A stretch of DNA of 64,000 nt from a virus. The stretch is from IMG/VR virus record IMGVR_UViG_3300025009_000080, positions 8,706 to 72,705 of that record. The stretch is one strand, 5' to 3'. Position numbers and translations under genes: made by a program. The notes under the pieces were generated by a model. The model did no database searches, was not told the DNA's origin, and saw nothing but the letters and a program-made list of their open reading frames with translations. Position 1 is the stretch's first letter, and every line of letters starts with the position of its first letter. Positions 36,801 through 46,681 of the stretch are shown piece after piece.

Positions 36801-38925
36801 CGGTGCTTTGGGTTGTGGTTTCGGCTGCTGTTTGAATGGGTTCTGTGGCTTTGGGGTTTGTTGTTTCATTGGTTTTGGATTTTATTTCTACTGACTCTAT
36901 ATTTACGGGTGTGACTGTTTCCGTTTTGGAAATAGTCGGTTCTGGTGCAGCTTCTATCCCTTGTTCTGACTTTGGTGCTACTGGTGTTTCAGGAGTTTCT
37001 GTCTTTGGAGTTATCTCTGCTTTTGGGGTTTCTTTCTGCTCTAATTTCAGTTTCTCTAATGCAGAGATTATTTTCTTTTCATCCTCTGTCAATTCTCTCT
37101 CAGATTCGACTTTTAATTCTTGCTCTGTGATTGTTTTGATTTCAGGTTTGATCTCTGTATTGTATATTTCAGCGGCTTCTGGTGGTACGTCCTGAACCAT
37201 TTCGGATACCTCTGTGTATTCTTCTTCTGTTAACGGTTTGCGTTCGGCTATCTTTGTGTATAGCTTGTCTACTTTCTGCGCAATGTCCTTGACTGCCTTT
37301 GCGTTACCTACGTTTTGGGATACCGCTTTTGCACCATGAAGTATTAGCATAAAGCCAACCATGTCTCCAACAACAAGGGATTCTTTCCCTAATTCTGAAT
37401 TTGGTGCATCCATTCCCATTGCAGTTCTCGCTGCTGTTACCGGAGCAAGAATTGTTTCTGAAATTTCGGGAGCAACCATATTAGCTAATCCAGCCTGAGC
37501 ATTGAATAATGCCAATTCGGGAATCATTAACTGAGAAATCATTTTCCTTTTACCAAGGCTGCCCGGCATAGCATACGTACCTGCCGCCATGCCAAGTCCC
37601 CACATACCCCCAATGAACATGACTGCCCTTGTTCCGGCAGAAAGCTCCTCTACTTCTCTTTTTGTTATTCCAGGTGCTATCTCGTTAAAGACTTCTCTTT
37701 CTCCTTCTACTGATTGTTGTATTTTGTTTATTGCCTCGCTTGCACCCTGAAACCCACTCATTAAAAGGGAGAATCCGTTGTACGGACTTGACATCAGATA
37801 GTCAGGCATGGTTTTGAGAGTAGCTGATATTTCCTGATCCTGTCTCTCTTTTGTCTTAGCCTTGCTTTGTGATAAGGCAGATTTGTAATTGAATAAGTCA
37901 ATGTCGTATTTCGATCCCTTAACTCCATTCCCTGCCGGGACTTTATCCAAATCAAGGTTCTTCCCAACTACTGCTTTAATCCTGTATGCCTCCGCTAAGT
38001 CTTTCAGTCCAGATTCATTGTCAGAAACACCGCCAATTGACTTAATATATTTGTCAGCATTGGCGTATGCAGATATTGAATTCCCTGATTCGAGCTCAAT
38101 TCCGGCTTTGTCTAAATACAAACTTGGGTTTACTGATTGTTCTTTGTCTGATAACTGTATTGCTGTATCAATACTTTTAAGCGCATTTGGATAGTCCTGT
38201 CTTGATTTAAGGTTAAATGCCTTTAGTCTGTGTAAATATGGATCATTAGGGTTTATTGACTGAGCTTGCTCTATTAGCTTATCAGAAACGTCCATGTCAC
38301 CGCCTACACTCGCTTCATAAGCTATACCCCTAACTCTGTCGTAAAAATCTTTGTCTACAATATCCTGCGATTCCTGCATCGTTGGCAGCTTCCAGTCCAT
38401 TGATGGCTTCATGCTTCTATTAACAGGAAGTATCCCAATGGCTTCTTCTGGTGTTAAAGTAGAGTTGTAATCAAATTCGGCAATTGGTTGTGCTAAATTC
38501 CTTGCTTTTATCGCTACTGAATCGGCATATTCTTTCTTTAATTGATCCATTAACCCGGACTCAACCCATTGGTTTCTTTGCTGAACAGGTTGTTGTGCTG
38601 CCGGGATTGGGGTATCAATAACAGGTTGTGCTGACTGGACTGTATCAAGTTCTGGTAGTTGTACTTCTACAACTCCCTTTGATGGGTCTTGTGTTGTTGG
38701 TTGTGTCTTTACTGCGGTTGGTTGGTTGGCATCAAATCCATAAGACTGATACCATTTATCAAATGGTGCTGCTATTGTTTTTGCCGAAATAGCATTATGA
38801 ATTTCACGAGCCTTATTTACGTCTCCAATATCTGAACGGAATGTATTATAGTCAGTGGAAACAATGCCACGACCTTTTAAGTTCTCGTAGTTGAGCTTCA
38901 GTAACTTTTCGTTAATTTCCGGCAT
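30841..38925 (-). CDS. giant internal virion / polyvalent ejection protein (2694 aa)
   Basis: Position after the nozzle and smaller ejection genes; TPR-like segment, ART-PolyVal-like segment, C-terminal GWKPYSIK.GG.W.SY motif. Confidence 0.75.
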   Translation of the reverse strand: MPEINEKLLKLNYENLKGRGIVSTDYNTFRSDIGDVNKAREIHNAISAKTIAAPFDKWYQSYGFDANQPTAVKTQPTTQDPSKGVVEVQLPELDTVQSAQPVIDTPIPAAQQPVQQRNQWVESGLMDQLKKEYADSVAIKARNLAQPIAEFDYNSTLTPEEAIGILPVNRSMKPSMDWKLPTMQESQDIVDKDFYDRVRGIAYEASVGGDMDVSDKLIEQAQSINPNDPYLHRLKAFNLKSRQDYPNALKSIDTAIQLSDKEQSVNPSLYLDKAGIELESGNSISAYANADKYIKSIGGVSDNESGLKDLAEAYRIKAVVGKNLDLDKVPAGNGVKGSKYDIDLFNYKSALSQSKAKTKERQDQEISATLKTMPDYLMSSPYNGFSLLMSGFQGASEAINKIQQSVEGEREVFNEIAPGITKREVEELSAGTRAVMFIGGMWGLGMAAGTYAMPGSLGKRKMISQLMIPELALFNAQAGLANMVAPEISETILAPVTAARTAMGMDAPNSELGKESLVVGDMVGFMLILHGAKAVSQNVGNAKAVKDIAQKVDKLYTKIAERKPLTEEEYTEVSEMVQDVPPEAAEIYNTEIKPEIKTITEQELKVESERELTEDEKKIISALEKLKLEQKETPKAEITPKTETPETPVAPKSEQGIEAAPEPTISKTETVTPVNIESVEIKSKTNETTNPKATEPIQTAAETTTQSTETGQPTETELSKAEVVKEINSKPLSHVSGLVMGAGEAEGTYLSTEKGNRYSKSDKQSDVQQASVSVENPYVIDAKSGEGKSLIDLQNEALPLAIESFIKDNPNINKEEARSFASFDQAYENYPDLEPYVAKQVTKGLKEQGYDSIYHREVDSQEGMLIVFDKNKVTIHEKPNIVFTSSNGKYEIEKKGSSLTVRGKHGKEIPSRVKGKDGKNKENSEYRTVINEYIDSIDLDKGETVENKGLLSSGMNELDAMKEVASGSDNPREVAIGYERASAIPANHSAKEDAIRKHIGHISKESWIKEGDKNKLTRGIRFTYIRKGGEGIEQVAQRASLDMEGVEGGELVTTEDVVNFIKDYEYLQQYDTKMSPLMKDLNNRFIDLTGISLTNGRINKRLFSKEIDGKRLKPNDQKQGDKMPDVLADEINKYGISKELLDDYYDELHKVLTEEEYNALQKSFYETETGERNEVPEMGSAATDEAPSLTAKQQASIDKIQRDYEATKAELKAALASAKKRRSQKEAELDNRSGIFGDTKDTGGNKDLQSDFEYNKETKKKALQSFDNEIGAIQKQIDTNESSLQSKIDKVKQQTEIDWSEKAISALENLKVDTKDKLFDATLGIPVAAWNTAIDIVIAGVKAGKAIEVGIKEAIDYIKAKHPDADESEITKKIKGVTDMFMPEQPKKVIEPVKETLPPAKPKEPVSDTGIPDGMKERGGARSVLDNPDIRPELKEILMNNDKARFYVPREIEVSKAEATAIIQARGLESTIKMMEDNPRDPSIHPITRTLLRSESINEANRLFIESYGKKSEATRYYSELADRAIQTYTQKGTEIAQELRAMGEFTIPERELFKAQLAAKEQRNKKVKDNEGSIKTKKKGLDDANAEAIDGVLKDKDVSSKVGKVVGKTPQKPAEPKTFKTLVEKERAYRKDLLKGFKKSDLFLATAGGFSPKAIELVGNLTASYVREGAFRTAEIAVLLAKQFKKEFGVDIDPKDFEKHIPDKIEGKDWGQIETDGLKKQADKETEDAANTLAQRIVRRLSSKPKAYDPVRDMINTLFGKVDEKLEPQKGAETKPTIETIGEAIANKEQYKEVWEASKAEVESRIDNMEISDDVKADMKDQLQGYYDEIIGKPYSERQVGKAVKEAMKSMDETINDIIRKHYSEVDATRRSLTEKLIEEAGVSGEDARLLTQSVASAFERLTLRAKQNALRKSLTTKERIFESPKKIKATHEAMIELSNMGAFDDAEFTRMYAEKMGLPEITPEQAIEIKRLAQRVHDAPQGEPKNRAITDLLNYQAKLPGIDWGDVGTGFWYANMLSGISTQQKNVFGNMSNHLLALTEEAIQNPSAIPFLIYSMSTGYGRGAMKFRDVMKTGYAPIRGKSVEVGNVLEQWEFDGKYNPANAAKYVPRIMFGADAMNYEAGKDLRAFSLAKRIAAQNGIKFFNSKDGTFFNNKAVWQEVDRILNRTPEAYKEAEKIALEEAEVSIKELPSNMTSKQRTRAEKWMRTTGAKIRAYELLEMGRDKSIIDDTNDFAAKLTYNHNTEGNAGLLSDAVSYLANAMRLRVPIPFTGKTISVRPGKFIVPFTRIVTNVMTRSADFFPPVALYRGIKGGVGWESLENTRFGGKYVKYTPEERSKAFIRAGVGLAASTALYLMTQEDEKGESAIQITANGTRDWQKNKQLEAEGWKPYSIKAGGIWWSYQYTPLLLLLAPIGILRDGEKYDPDFNKETTLRKIMLANEQNIKTFGDMSFVSNVANLMNALTSPTKGQFERYMQKMAGTGKSFVLPNIVTQTSQYTQKVFDMPRKEADDFFAKMIMDIPIARNSLSDMVNVLGDPVYADPNFMFGKEKISPEAKFLNENNLFIAKPKRESEGLMLINDKTKTYEPMTDDEYYKFCKLRGQKIKSMVQMLMEMDKNTITPISNLAAEGMDIKLDTQKKIAAEYRTKALNNVKENIVNLANEQAKWELFKERTGVKAGFNRDIQSIINESENE

Positions 38926-38936
38926 CGCTTGTATGA

Positions 38937-40802
38937 TTAATTTAAGTTACCACCCGTAAGTTCTCTCGATTTCTTTGCATTAGCTTTAAAAAGGTCTTCT
39001 ATTGACATTTTTCCACCCGCTATATTCAGCGGAGTGCGAATGGTAAATGTAGCAGACGGGTCGGTATTTGGCACTGGAGCTCCCGACATGGTGTATTTTT
39101 TGCCAGTTTTCTTTTTCAAAACATAGGTTGTTTGAACTCCATGATCTGCCATACCAAGGTAGGTATCAGCCATACCATTTGCCTGCCAATCCATTACGTC
39201 TCCGTATGTTATATCAAGGTCTGTGTTATTCCTTAATAGCATCCCTTTTATTTTAGTAGGTGTTGCTACAAGTGGGTCTGTCCAACTTAAGTCCCCAGAC
39301 TTAACGCTTTTTTCTAACCGCAATGCTGCTCCGGGATCTTGTGATTTAAGAAGATTGTATGTCTCTTGGACTGTAAATGTTTGCTCATTATCTCCAAATG
39401 ATATTTGCTTTCCGGGAAACATCTGCCATGTTATGGGTGTCTTTGGAGTAACAACTTCTTTCAGGTCAACCTGCATAAATTGTTCACCGTTATCATCTGT
39501 GTAATTAGCAAACTCGGTAGCCATTGCTTTTTGAGTGTCATTCAGGCTATTACCGGAACTAAAAGATTTCTCAATAGATTTCTTTACTGATCCAAAATTG
39601 CCTTTATCTCCCATGAATCCCATGTAGTTGTTTACGTATGACGACGGTTCCTTTCCTCCTATGTTTATGTTCATTGGTTTTGAGAGTGTACCTGTTGAGA
39701 CATTTTCTTTTGCAGCAAACATTAATGCAAGGTCTCCTTTTACCTTATCCTGCTGCTGAGTAGATGTCAATTCTGGGTGCAAATCCTGAATAGTTGATTT
39801 GTTTTCCTTGTAAATAAGGTCTGCCATGTTCCAGATGTTTTGTGCCGGAACGCTTTCTCTTGAATTGATCCATTGCACAATATCCCCACCCTGTCCGCTA
39901 ATACGACCTATTTCTTTTATCGCTTCTGCCTTGACTTCTGGTGATTGAAGTAGTTGGTCTGCTGCTTTGTTTAACACGTCGGTATACGGAACACGGGATG
40001 CCAATGTTTTAAGAGTACCCCAATTCTCAGTAAGGTATGTGGGATCAGAAAGTCCACGGGACGCTTTTGCTCTGTCAATGGCTGAGGCTTTTTCGTCCCG
40101 TGCTATTTCGTTTAAGTTAGTGGCTACCTGCTTACCTTGGTTAGCCAATTCTGTATATTTTGCATTAAACTCCTGAACCCTGTTCCATTCCTTAGTACCG
40201 TATGTTTTCATTTTCTCGACACCATTCGGGGTATTGGATATTTCTTGCTGAATAGCATTTAGATCAGATAGCCAGTTTTCTTCCATGGCTCTTTTGTATG
40301 CCCATGATGTCTCCGGAGCCTGAAACATTACCGGCTGATCCTGTATCATTTTCTGCCGCTGCCTTATCATGCTTGCTTCCATTAAACTTCTTTTGCGTTC
40401 ATCTGCAAGAGCAAATGGGTATTTTTGAGCATATGGGGAGCTAATAATTGGCATCTGTCCTTCTGTATATCCGGCTATTGCAGGAAGCGGCTCCGTAGAA
40501 TAATAATCAGCGGGTAAAGTAGCCATGGGTACATTGGCTCTCATTTGCAATATTCTCTCGTTTTCCTGTTGAGCAAGGTTTCTCATGTAATTAGCTATAT
40601 CCAAATTGCCCGGAACCGCACCAATGTACTGAGATACGTTTGGAAATGTGGCAGTAACACCTTCTCCGCCAGTGATAATGCCCAATGGTTTTGTTTTAGC
40701 AACCGGATTGTCCGCTATCGGCTCTGGTGTTGTCTGCTGAGATTGCTGTTCAGTGTCGTCATTTGATCCAAAACCAAACAGTCGCTTTAAATAACCTGCC
40801 AT
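38937..40802 (-). CDS. putative ejection/internal virion protein
   Basis: Helical, Q/A/K-rich composition; gene position. Confidence 0.6.
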   Translation of the reverse strand: MAGYLKRLFGFGSNDDTEQQSQQTTPEPIADNPVAKTKPLGIITGGEGVTATFPNVSQYIGAVPGNLDIANYMRNLAQQENERILQMRANVPMATLPADYYSTEPLPAIAGYTEGQMPIISSPYAQKYPFALADERKRSLMEASMIRQRQKMIQDQPVMFQAPETSWAYKRAMEENWLSDLNAIQQEISNTPNGVEKMKTYGTKEWNRVQEFNAKYTELANQGKQVATNLNEIARDEKASAIDRAKASRGLSDPTYLTENWGTLKTLASRVPYTDVLNKAADQLLQSPEVKAEAIKEIGRISGQGGDIVQWINSRESVPAQNIWNMADLIYKENKSTIQDLHPELTSTQQQDKVKGDLALMFAAKENVSTGTLSKPMNINIGGKEPSSYVNNYMGFMGDKGNFGSVKKSIEKSFSSGNSLNDTQKAMATEFANYTDDNGEQFMQVDLKEVVTPKTPITWQMFPGKQISFGDNEQTFTVQETYNLLKSQDPGAALRLEKSVKSGDLSWTDPLVATPTKIKGMLLRNNTDLDITYGDVMDWQANGMADTYLGMADHGVQTTYVLKKKTGKKYTMSGAPVPNTDPSATFTIRTPLNIAGGKMSIEDLFKANAKKSRELTGGNLN

Positions 40803-40813
40803 TTCTTTAGTAT

Positions 40814-41482
40814 TTACAGTGATCCGTATTTCATTTTGTAGACATCCGCTACGTTAAATGCAGGGGTTGGATATGGATTTTGATATTCGGCACTTGCAGT
40901 CGTGCTTATTGGCTGTTCGGTATTCCCAAATGCACCGGGCGTAAACTTTGCGTTTTGTGTAATCTGCTCCAATGATAATCTTGGGGGTTGTGTAGTGCCA
41001 CCGCCTCCTGCGTTTTGCTGTATAGCAAGTAACATATTCTGAATACCGGATGCCATATTTTGCTGTGCAGGAACGGCCTTATTTGCCCATCGGTTTGTAT
41101 CGGACTGGAACTGAATATCACTCATTTTGTTGCCCATTGCACCTGCCATTTGGGTATATTGCATAGCGTTCTGTGCCACACCTGCGAGTAATTCATTGAT
41201 GTAATCAGCACCCCTGCGTTGAGCAAATGCAAATGCCATTGGGTTCCCGGTTTGCAATACCGAGTTCCCGCTACTGGCAATAAGGTTACGTGCCTTATTT
41301 AATGTATTATTGTAGGCGCTGCCAACCTCCGAATTTCTCGCCCTTCGCTGGTAATCTGCCATTAATTTTGCATATATCGGAGATACCTGCGGAACCATTC
41401 CGTCTGCCTTTTTCTTCTCCATGTAACCTTGCAACATCTGTGCAAGACCCATTACGATTGGAACTACTGCTGCTGCTGCCAT
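40814..41482 (-). CDS. putative ejection (pilot) protein
   Basis: Gly/Ala-rich hydrophobic N-terminus; Gln-rich; directly after the nozzle gene. Confidence 0.6.
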   Translation of the reverse strand: MAAAAVVPIVMGLAQMLQGYMEKKKADGMVPQVSPIYAKLMADYQRRARNSEVGSAYNNTLNKARNLIASSGNSVLQTGNPMAFAFAQRRGADYINELLAGVAQNAMQYTQMAGAMGNKMSDIQFQSDTNRWANKAVPAQQNMASGIQNMLLAIQQNAGGGGTTQPPRLSLEQITQNAKFTPGAFGNTEQPISTTASAEYQNPYPTPAFNVADVYKMKYGSL

Positions 41483-44400
41483 TATTTTATCTCCTTATAT
41501 TGAATTGATGTTTGTTTTATCTCAAATCCCGCACCTTCATAAATGATCTTGAAAACCAACTGCCTGCCTTGTAATCTTTTGCAGTCAGGATCGACTTCAA
41601 TATCTCGCCTTGGAATGTATTGTTCAAAGTTAGTATAATCTTTAAGGTATTGCAAACTTTTTTCAATACTAAGTTCACATTGTTTTATACCTCCATGTGC
41701 TTCATAGAACTCAACCCTTGTTGGTTTCAGGTTAGACGCTATCTTAGTACGGATAAATTCCTTTGCCACGATACCCGGAATTGCCTTTGCAGGATACCCC
41801 TGCTGTGGACTACTGACCTGCTCTACTTCGTTGATAATAGTTTCCCTGCCAATGGTGGGTTCACCAAGCAATATTTCATCTGTATATACCCTCCACTTAG
41901 TTTTTGAGCTACGATTCCCTACGCCAAAAGTCCTATTATCGGGCATGGATATGTAGCGGTCGAAATTGTAGTCATATCGGTCATTCCAATGCTCTGACAG
42001 AATGGGGTATGCCAGTACGTGACTGTCGAGCTGTAGCCAGTATTCTTTGTGTAGCGGATCATATCCGCCTGTAATATGTGTTCCATTGGTTATGTTTTTT
42101 AAGTACGTACCAAATAAGCGATTATGAAATTTATTCCTACCAATGTCAGAAAGTGAAGTCCCTTGTAAAATATAAGCACTGTCCAATGATGCGAACATGA
42201 GCATATTGTTTCCCTCAGTGCAACTTCTCCACATATCTTTTGGCAGTCCGACTTCATTGTTTATCAGGATTTCGCCTCCAATAAACTGCCCTTGAGTGCC
42301 AATCATTGTAGCTAATTCCGTGCCTTCTGCCTGAGCCAGAATATTCTTGCCAATAAGCAAAACAGTAATACCATGATCCGTGAGTACTATAAGGTTATTC
42401 CCCCGTTCTGAGAGATTGTCATACAAGTATTTGATTTCTCCGGTATTGTCTTTTAGGTCATAATAGTTACCCGGCAGGAACGTTCTTAAGTTCGGTGCGC
42501 CCTGAACATTCATTACTCTTTCAAGGCTGTATGCAACACGGGTTGGATACCTTGTCCTGTCTCTGTATCCCACCGTTGGCTTTGATGAGCTTACCTGGGC
42601 ATTAAGCGAATGGTAGTAATCCTGATTATTTTTCCCACGGAAACGAAATCCCCCATACGTCCATCTGAACTCTTCTCCGGGATAATCGTCTTGATACCCT
42701 ATAGGTATAGCCCCGCCAAATCCTTCAAAATTATTCCCTACACCCCATAGTTGTGGTCTCATTATGAAATGGGTAGCAGGAAAGAATTTAAACATTGATG
42801 CCGAACCTGGCTCTCCTTGAGTAGATGGAATTTCATATTGGAAATTAAGATTAACCTTACTTTCTACAATAAATGGGACTACTAACTGTCGGATAGCCTG
42901 AATTTCAAGCTCTGAATCATAATGTGGGTTTTCGTCACCATTAAATGCCTTCCCTACGATCCCGATGTTGTTCATCTGAAATTTGTGGTATGGAAGACCA
43001 ACACCAAATTCCATTGTTCCTCCTTCATTTACAGCGTTTTTTGCCCTAAATATAGGAGAGTAAATAGCTTCTCCAACGTAGTGTTCTCCGCCAAAAACCC
43101 TTACAGGCATATCGGGATCGTAATACACCCATATTTCATCTCCCTCTGCCGGAGTAAATACTCCACCAAACCCATTGTCATATCCAAACTCAATAGTAAA
43201 TGTGCGGTTATTAGTATTTGTATGAGTATAAAGCCCGTAAATCGTATGCGGTGTCCCCGGAATCAAATAACTCCCATTGGCTGCGATAGCGTTTTGTGCT
43301 GATTGGGTTTCTAACTGAGTTTTATTGGTTACATTCCACCACTTCTGAGTATTAAGCTGCGTTTTAACATAAACAAATGCGTCTCTGTTAAAAAAAACAG
43401 AGTTTCCGTAACCAATCCCATTTAACGCAGGAATACAATCCTCCCACCTTTCATCAATAAGCGGGTAGCTATTGGTTGTCTTGTAGTACCTTCCAATACA
43501 ACTTCTCAATTTTACATAGCATCCGGTGTCGTAGAAATTCTTTACATTGGGCTGCGGAACAAGTGCTTCGTTATTGACTACATTGATGAGATATAGTGGT
43601 TCGTGAAACTCCATTACATCTGATTGTAAGTATTCGGAGTGATCTGTACTTGCGGTTTGATATACGTCCGATGCGAGATTCAGTTTAAAATATTCGCTAA
43701 TATCACTTACTATATTATCGCCCGAATACTGACTGAATGAATCAATATTGAAATATTTCTTTGCAGCCGTATTAGCCCATGAAGGAATAGTGGCATTTCT
43801 CCACTTTCCAAACGCAGTACACCCCCCATTACCGTGAGAACTTCCGTCTACATTAGTGAGTGCATTTTCTTTTATGATTCTTGGGTACACGCAAATATCA
43901 ACCCACTTCCTATCCGTAGAAGCGTTCCCGTCTGAGTGTCGGGCTTTACCCATATAAACCTCTGATGTGTACCCGTATGGAGCAACTACTTGGGCTTTTA
44001 GTAATCCAAAATCAATGTCATCTGGGTTAACGATACCGTTCAGGCTATCTGTTTCCGGGGAATAAAACAGCAAATTATCCAAAGATTTGTTACGTGGGGA
44101 GTCAATATCGTAAAACCCCATGCCCTGAAACTTAACCCTCCCTGCTGCTGATGTCCTTACAATAGTAAATGATGTTGCCCATGAAGGTATTTTTGTAGGG
44201 TCAATTCCTTTTATAGCTATACCTAATGAGAAGTATTCCGGTGCAAATATTTTGGGATTGTACGTAAACGGAGTTACACCATCAACCCACACCCTATTAT
44301 TGATCTGATGCCGATGCCCCGTTGTTATTGTATCCTCCTGTCCCTTTGGTGTTAACACGAAATAGCCAGTCTTATGGATTGTTCTATTCTCTAACCCTCC

Positions 44401-45933
44401 GGTTTTTTGAATTGCATTAGCAAGGCTGAACTTTTCATAAACAGATGTATTTGGGGTGTTGCTTTCATTGCACCCCACTGGAACATTATCATATGAATAC
44501 AGTTCACTTTCTGCCGACATGGTATCCCTTCGGTCAGGGTTTAGGAAATCTGATGCACCGGGCAAATCTAAAGCAAATGTGCGCTGAAGGCTACTATCCA
44601 TAAATATAATTGCATATCCGTATCGCTCCCCACTCATGGTATTACGATGGTATGCGCAGTTATATGGATCTGAATGTCCCTCTGTTCCCATGTTTTTCAA
44701 TACAGACAGGACTTGGGCGTCACTGGTAAATACATCATCAATAATGCTCGATGCGTACTTTACATTACCTAATTCAAGCCTCGCTGAAAAATATCGGATT
44801 GACTTTGCGGCATCTATATTTCTCTGTGGTGTAACCTGATCCTCTTGTGTGATTTGTGATGCCTCTGCCCCAAAATCAACAAGCGTTTTAATACTGAATT
44901 CATCTGGTATAAGAGGAATGTTTCCTACAATAACCTCAGTGGGGGTAAATCCAATCGGCATTACATCCTCATAACTTACCCTTGTAAGTTGTGCGTAATC
45001 ATAATTAAGTCTGTTTTCTATCCTTAGTTTAAGGACAATCCCAAAAGGAGATTGCGTACCCTCAACCTTTCCGTATATTTTATTATTCGGGTAGTGTTGA
45101 GAGTTGGTATAATTGGGTTCGTAATTATACACGACAGGGATAAGCGGGGTCGGGATGCAGAAGGCGGATAAATTCCCTTCGGTATCAACATACCTTATCC
45201 TATATGAGTGCTGCCCTACGGTTAGTCCCGGATCGCCTACAGTTGGTAAATAAATAATGGAATCAGGATAGGATGTATTTTCCGTTAATTCGGTAAATAC
45301 CGGGTGATGCCCGTAGTTTTTTAACTGAATACCATATTCTGTTACATCAAATTCATTGAAGTACTTTTGGGTGCATTCGCCTATATTGGTTCCGACATTA
45401 ACCCCTGAGTTCAACAGCAGGTCGTAAACGTCCATGTAAACAGGCGGATTTTCGTTATCCGTCCAAAATATTTCTGCACCGTCCTGATTATCGCTTGCAT
45501 CTAACTGTATCTCGCTGGCATAATTAAATGGTAACTGAGAGCTTGCACAGACTATTTTACCGTTTACTCTTAAAAACGGGTCGCAATTCCCGCCCTCATC
45601 TGCCCACCATTCTACTGCAATAGGATCTCCTGATACTAATACATAGGTAGCTGCTACTGCAACCCATTTCCCTCTGCTGAAATCCTGATTGTTTGATGCG
45701 TAATAACCACCATTGGCTACGCACGAGTTATCAATGGACGGGAATACATTTACTTCACCACCAATGGTTTTGAGAATCCCAAACGATCCATCTGCGTTAT
45801 TTGGACGCATATTCCTCGCTGCAAGGTATTCTCCCTTGTCAGTGTTGCCTTTGCCTAAGAGTTCGTTGTCAAGTGCTGAATTTACTCCCAAGCTATAAGA
45901 CTGATCGTCCCATGGGTGGTGTTCTGTAAGCAT
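41482..45933 (-). CDS. tail nozzle/stabilization protein (P22 gp10 / crAss muzzle-like)
   Basis: G.NS.LD..L...EY..ARN.R N-terminus; SGERYGYAIIF; RVAYS...GEIKYL beta-propeller pattern; RLQG at the C-terminus. Confidence 0.7.
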   Translation of the reverse strand: MLTEHHPWDDQSYSLGVNSALDNELLGKGNTDKGEYLAARNMRPNNADGSFGILKTIGGEVNVFPSIDNSCVANGGYYASNNQDFSRGKWVAVAATYVLVSGDPIAVEWWADEGGNCDPFLRVNGKIVCASSQLPFNYASEIQLDASDNQDGAEIFWTDNENPPVYMDVYDLLLNSGVNVGTNIGECTQKYFNEFDVTEYGIQLKNYGHHPVFTELTENTSYPDSIIYLPTVGDPGLTVGQHSYRIRYVDTEGNLSAFCIPTPLIPVVYNYEPNYTNSQHYPNNKIYGKVEGTQSPFGIVLKLRIENRLNYDYAQLTRVSYEDVMPIGFTPTEVIVGNIPLIPDEFSIKTLVDFGAEASQITQEDQVTPQRNIDAAKSIRYFSARLELGNVKYASSIIDDVFTSDAQVLSVLKNMGTEGHSDPYNCAYHRNTMSGERYGYAIIFMDSSLQRTFALDLPGASDFLNPDRRDTMSAESELYSYDNVPVGCNESNTPNTSVYEKFSLANAIQKTGGLENRTIHKTGYFVLTPKGQEDTITTGHRHQINNRVWVDGVTPFTYNPKIFAPEYFSLGIAIKGIDPTKIPSWATSFTIVRTSAAGRVKFQGMGFYDIDSPRNKSLDNLLFYSPETDSLNGIVNPDDIDFGLLKAQVVAPYGYTSEVYMGKARHSDGNASTDRKWVDICVYPRIIKENALTNVDGSSHGNGGCTAFGKWRNATIPSWANTAAKKYFNIDSFSQYSGDNIVSDISEYFKLNLASDVYQTASTDHSEYLQSDVMEFHEPLYLINVVNNEALVPQPNVKNFYDTGCYVKLRSCIGRYYKTTNSYPLIDERWEDCIPALNGIGYGNSVFFNRDAFVYVKTQLNTQKWWNVTNKTQLETQSAQNAIAANGSYLIPGTPHTIYGLYTHTNTNNRTFTIEFGYDNGFGGVFTPAEGDEIWVYYDPDMPVRVFGGEHYVGEAIYSPIFRAKNAVNEGGTMEFGVGLPYHKFQMNNIGIVGKAFNGDENPHYDSELEIQAIRQLVVPFIVESKVNLNFQYEIPSTQGEPGSASMFKFFPATHFIMRPQLWGVGNNFEGFGGAIPIGYQDDYPGEEFRWTYGGFRFRGKNNQDYYHSLNAQVSSSKPTVGYRDRTRYPTRVAYSLERVMNVQGAPNLRTFLPGNYYDLKDNTGEIKYLYDNLSERGNNLIVLTDHGITVLLIGKNILAQAEGTELATMIGTQGQFIGGEILINNEVGLPKDMWRSCTEGNNMLMFASLDSAYILQGTSLSDIGRNKFHNRLFGTYLKNITNGTHITGGYDPLHKEYWLQLDSHVLAYPILSEHWNDRYDYNFDRYISMPDNRTFGVGNRSSKTKWRVYTDEILLGEPTIGRETIINEVEQVSSPQQGYPAKAIPGIVAKEFIRTKIASNLKPTRVEFYEAHGGIKQCELSIEKSLQYLKDYTNFEQYIPRRDIEVDPDCKRLQGRQLVFKIIYEGAGFEIKQTSIQYKEIK

Positions 45934-45936
45934 TGC

Positions 45937-46659
45937 TTATGCAGGTTGAGGGTAAACTGTAATATGAATCGGTGTTGCTGCCAAAATCCCGTCCACAAGC
46001 GTGACTCCGGCATCTGAATATGTGTTTACGACAATAGCGTCATCACTTGAAAGCGATACCGCTACCATTCCTGCTGAATCGGCAGCAGGGATAATAACTT
46101 TCTGATGAATGAACGTGTATCCTGCCGGGAATGAGTTTGATTTTGTTCCGCTGTAAACACCAATGGCTGTCCTTGCCCATGTAATCGCTCCAATGCCGTT
46201 TACTATACTTGTTATTGACGGTGCAGATTCATCTACATTAATAACCGATGTTGATTCCGTCCATGCCGTCGGTGTGGTTCCGGTCGCTACGAATGCAGTT
46301 CCCTCTGAAACATAACCTACGTTGGCAAAGTCGTCTCCAACTTCGAGCGTGTGAATGACATATGTAGTCCCCTCAACAAGTAATCCACTTGTCGTGGCTA
46401 CATTTGCTTGCGTGAGTTCAATCATCAACTCTGCCGGGAGTGCTGCAATACTAACCTGTGCTGCCGCCAAGTCAATCCCAAGCTGATCCACTGTTGCTGA
46501 CAATGCAGTAAAGTCAATATCGTCTGCACCGAGATTGTCAATGATTTCGCTTAGATTGTCAACAATGGCGTTATAGTCTTTACCTACAACTCCCCAACTT
46601 TCTGGGTGTGTAAGGTTCTTTTCCTGTTCGTTTTTTCGGAGTAATTTTGTTACTGACAT
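45937..46659 (-). CDS. putative structural protein
   Basis: ORF track; late operon context. Confidence 0.6.
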   Translation of the reverse strand: MSVTKLLRKNEQEKNLTHPESWGVVGKDYNAIVDNLSEIIDNLGADDIDFTALSATVDQLGIDLAAAQVSIAALPAELMIELTQANVATTSGLLVEGTTYVIHTLEVGDDFANVGYVSEGTAFVATGTTPTAWTESTSVINVDESAPSITSIVNGIGAITWARTAIGVYSGTKSNSFPAGYTFIHQKVIIPAADSAGMVAVSLSSDDAIVVNTYSDAGVTLVDGILAATPIHITVYPQPA

Positions 46660-46681
46660 GGCTTAAAATATTAAAGTGTTA

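Noticed and set aside
30841-38925. Virion RNA polymerase as in Crassvirales or N4
   Set aside because: No DxDGD-type catalytic motif was noticed, and host-type promoters drive the genes. Not excluded without a profile search.
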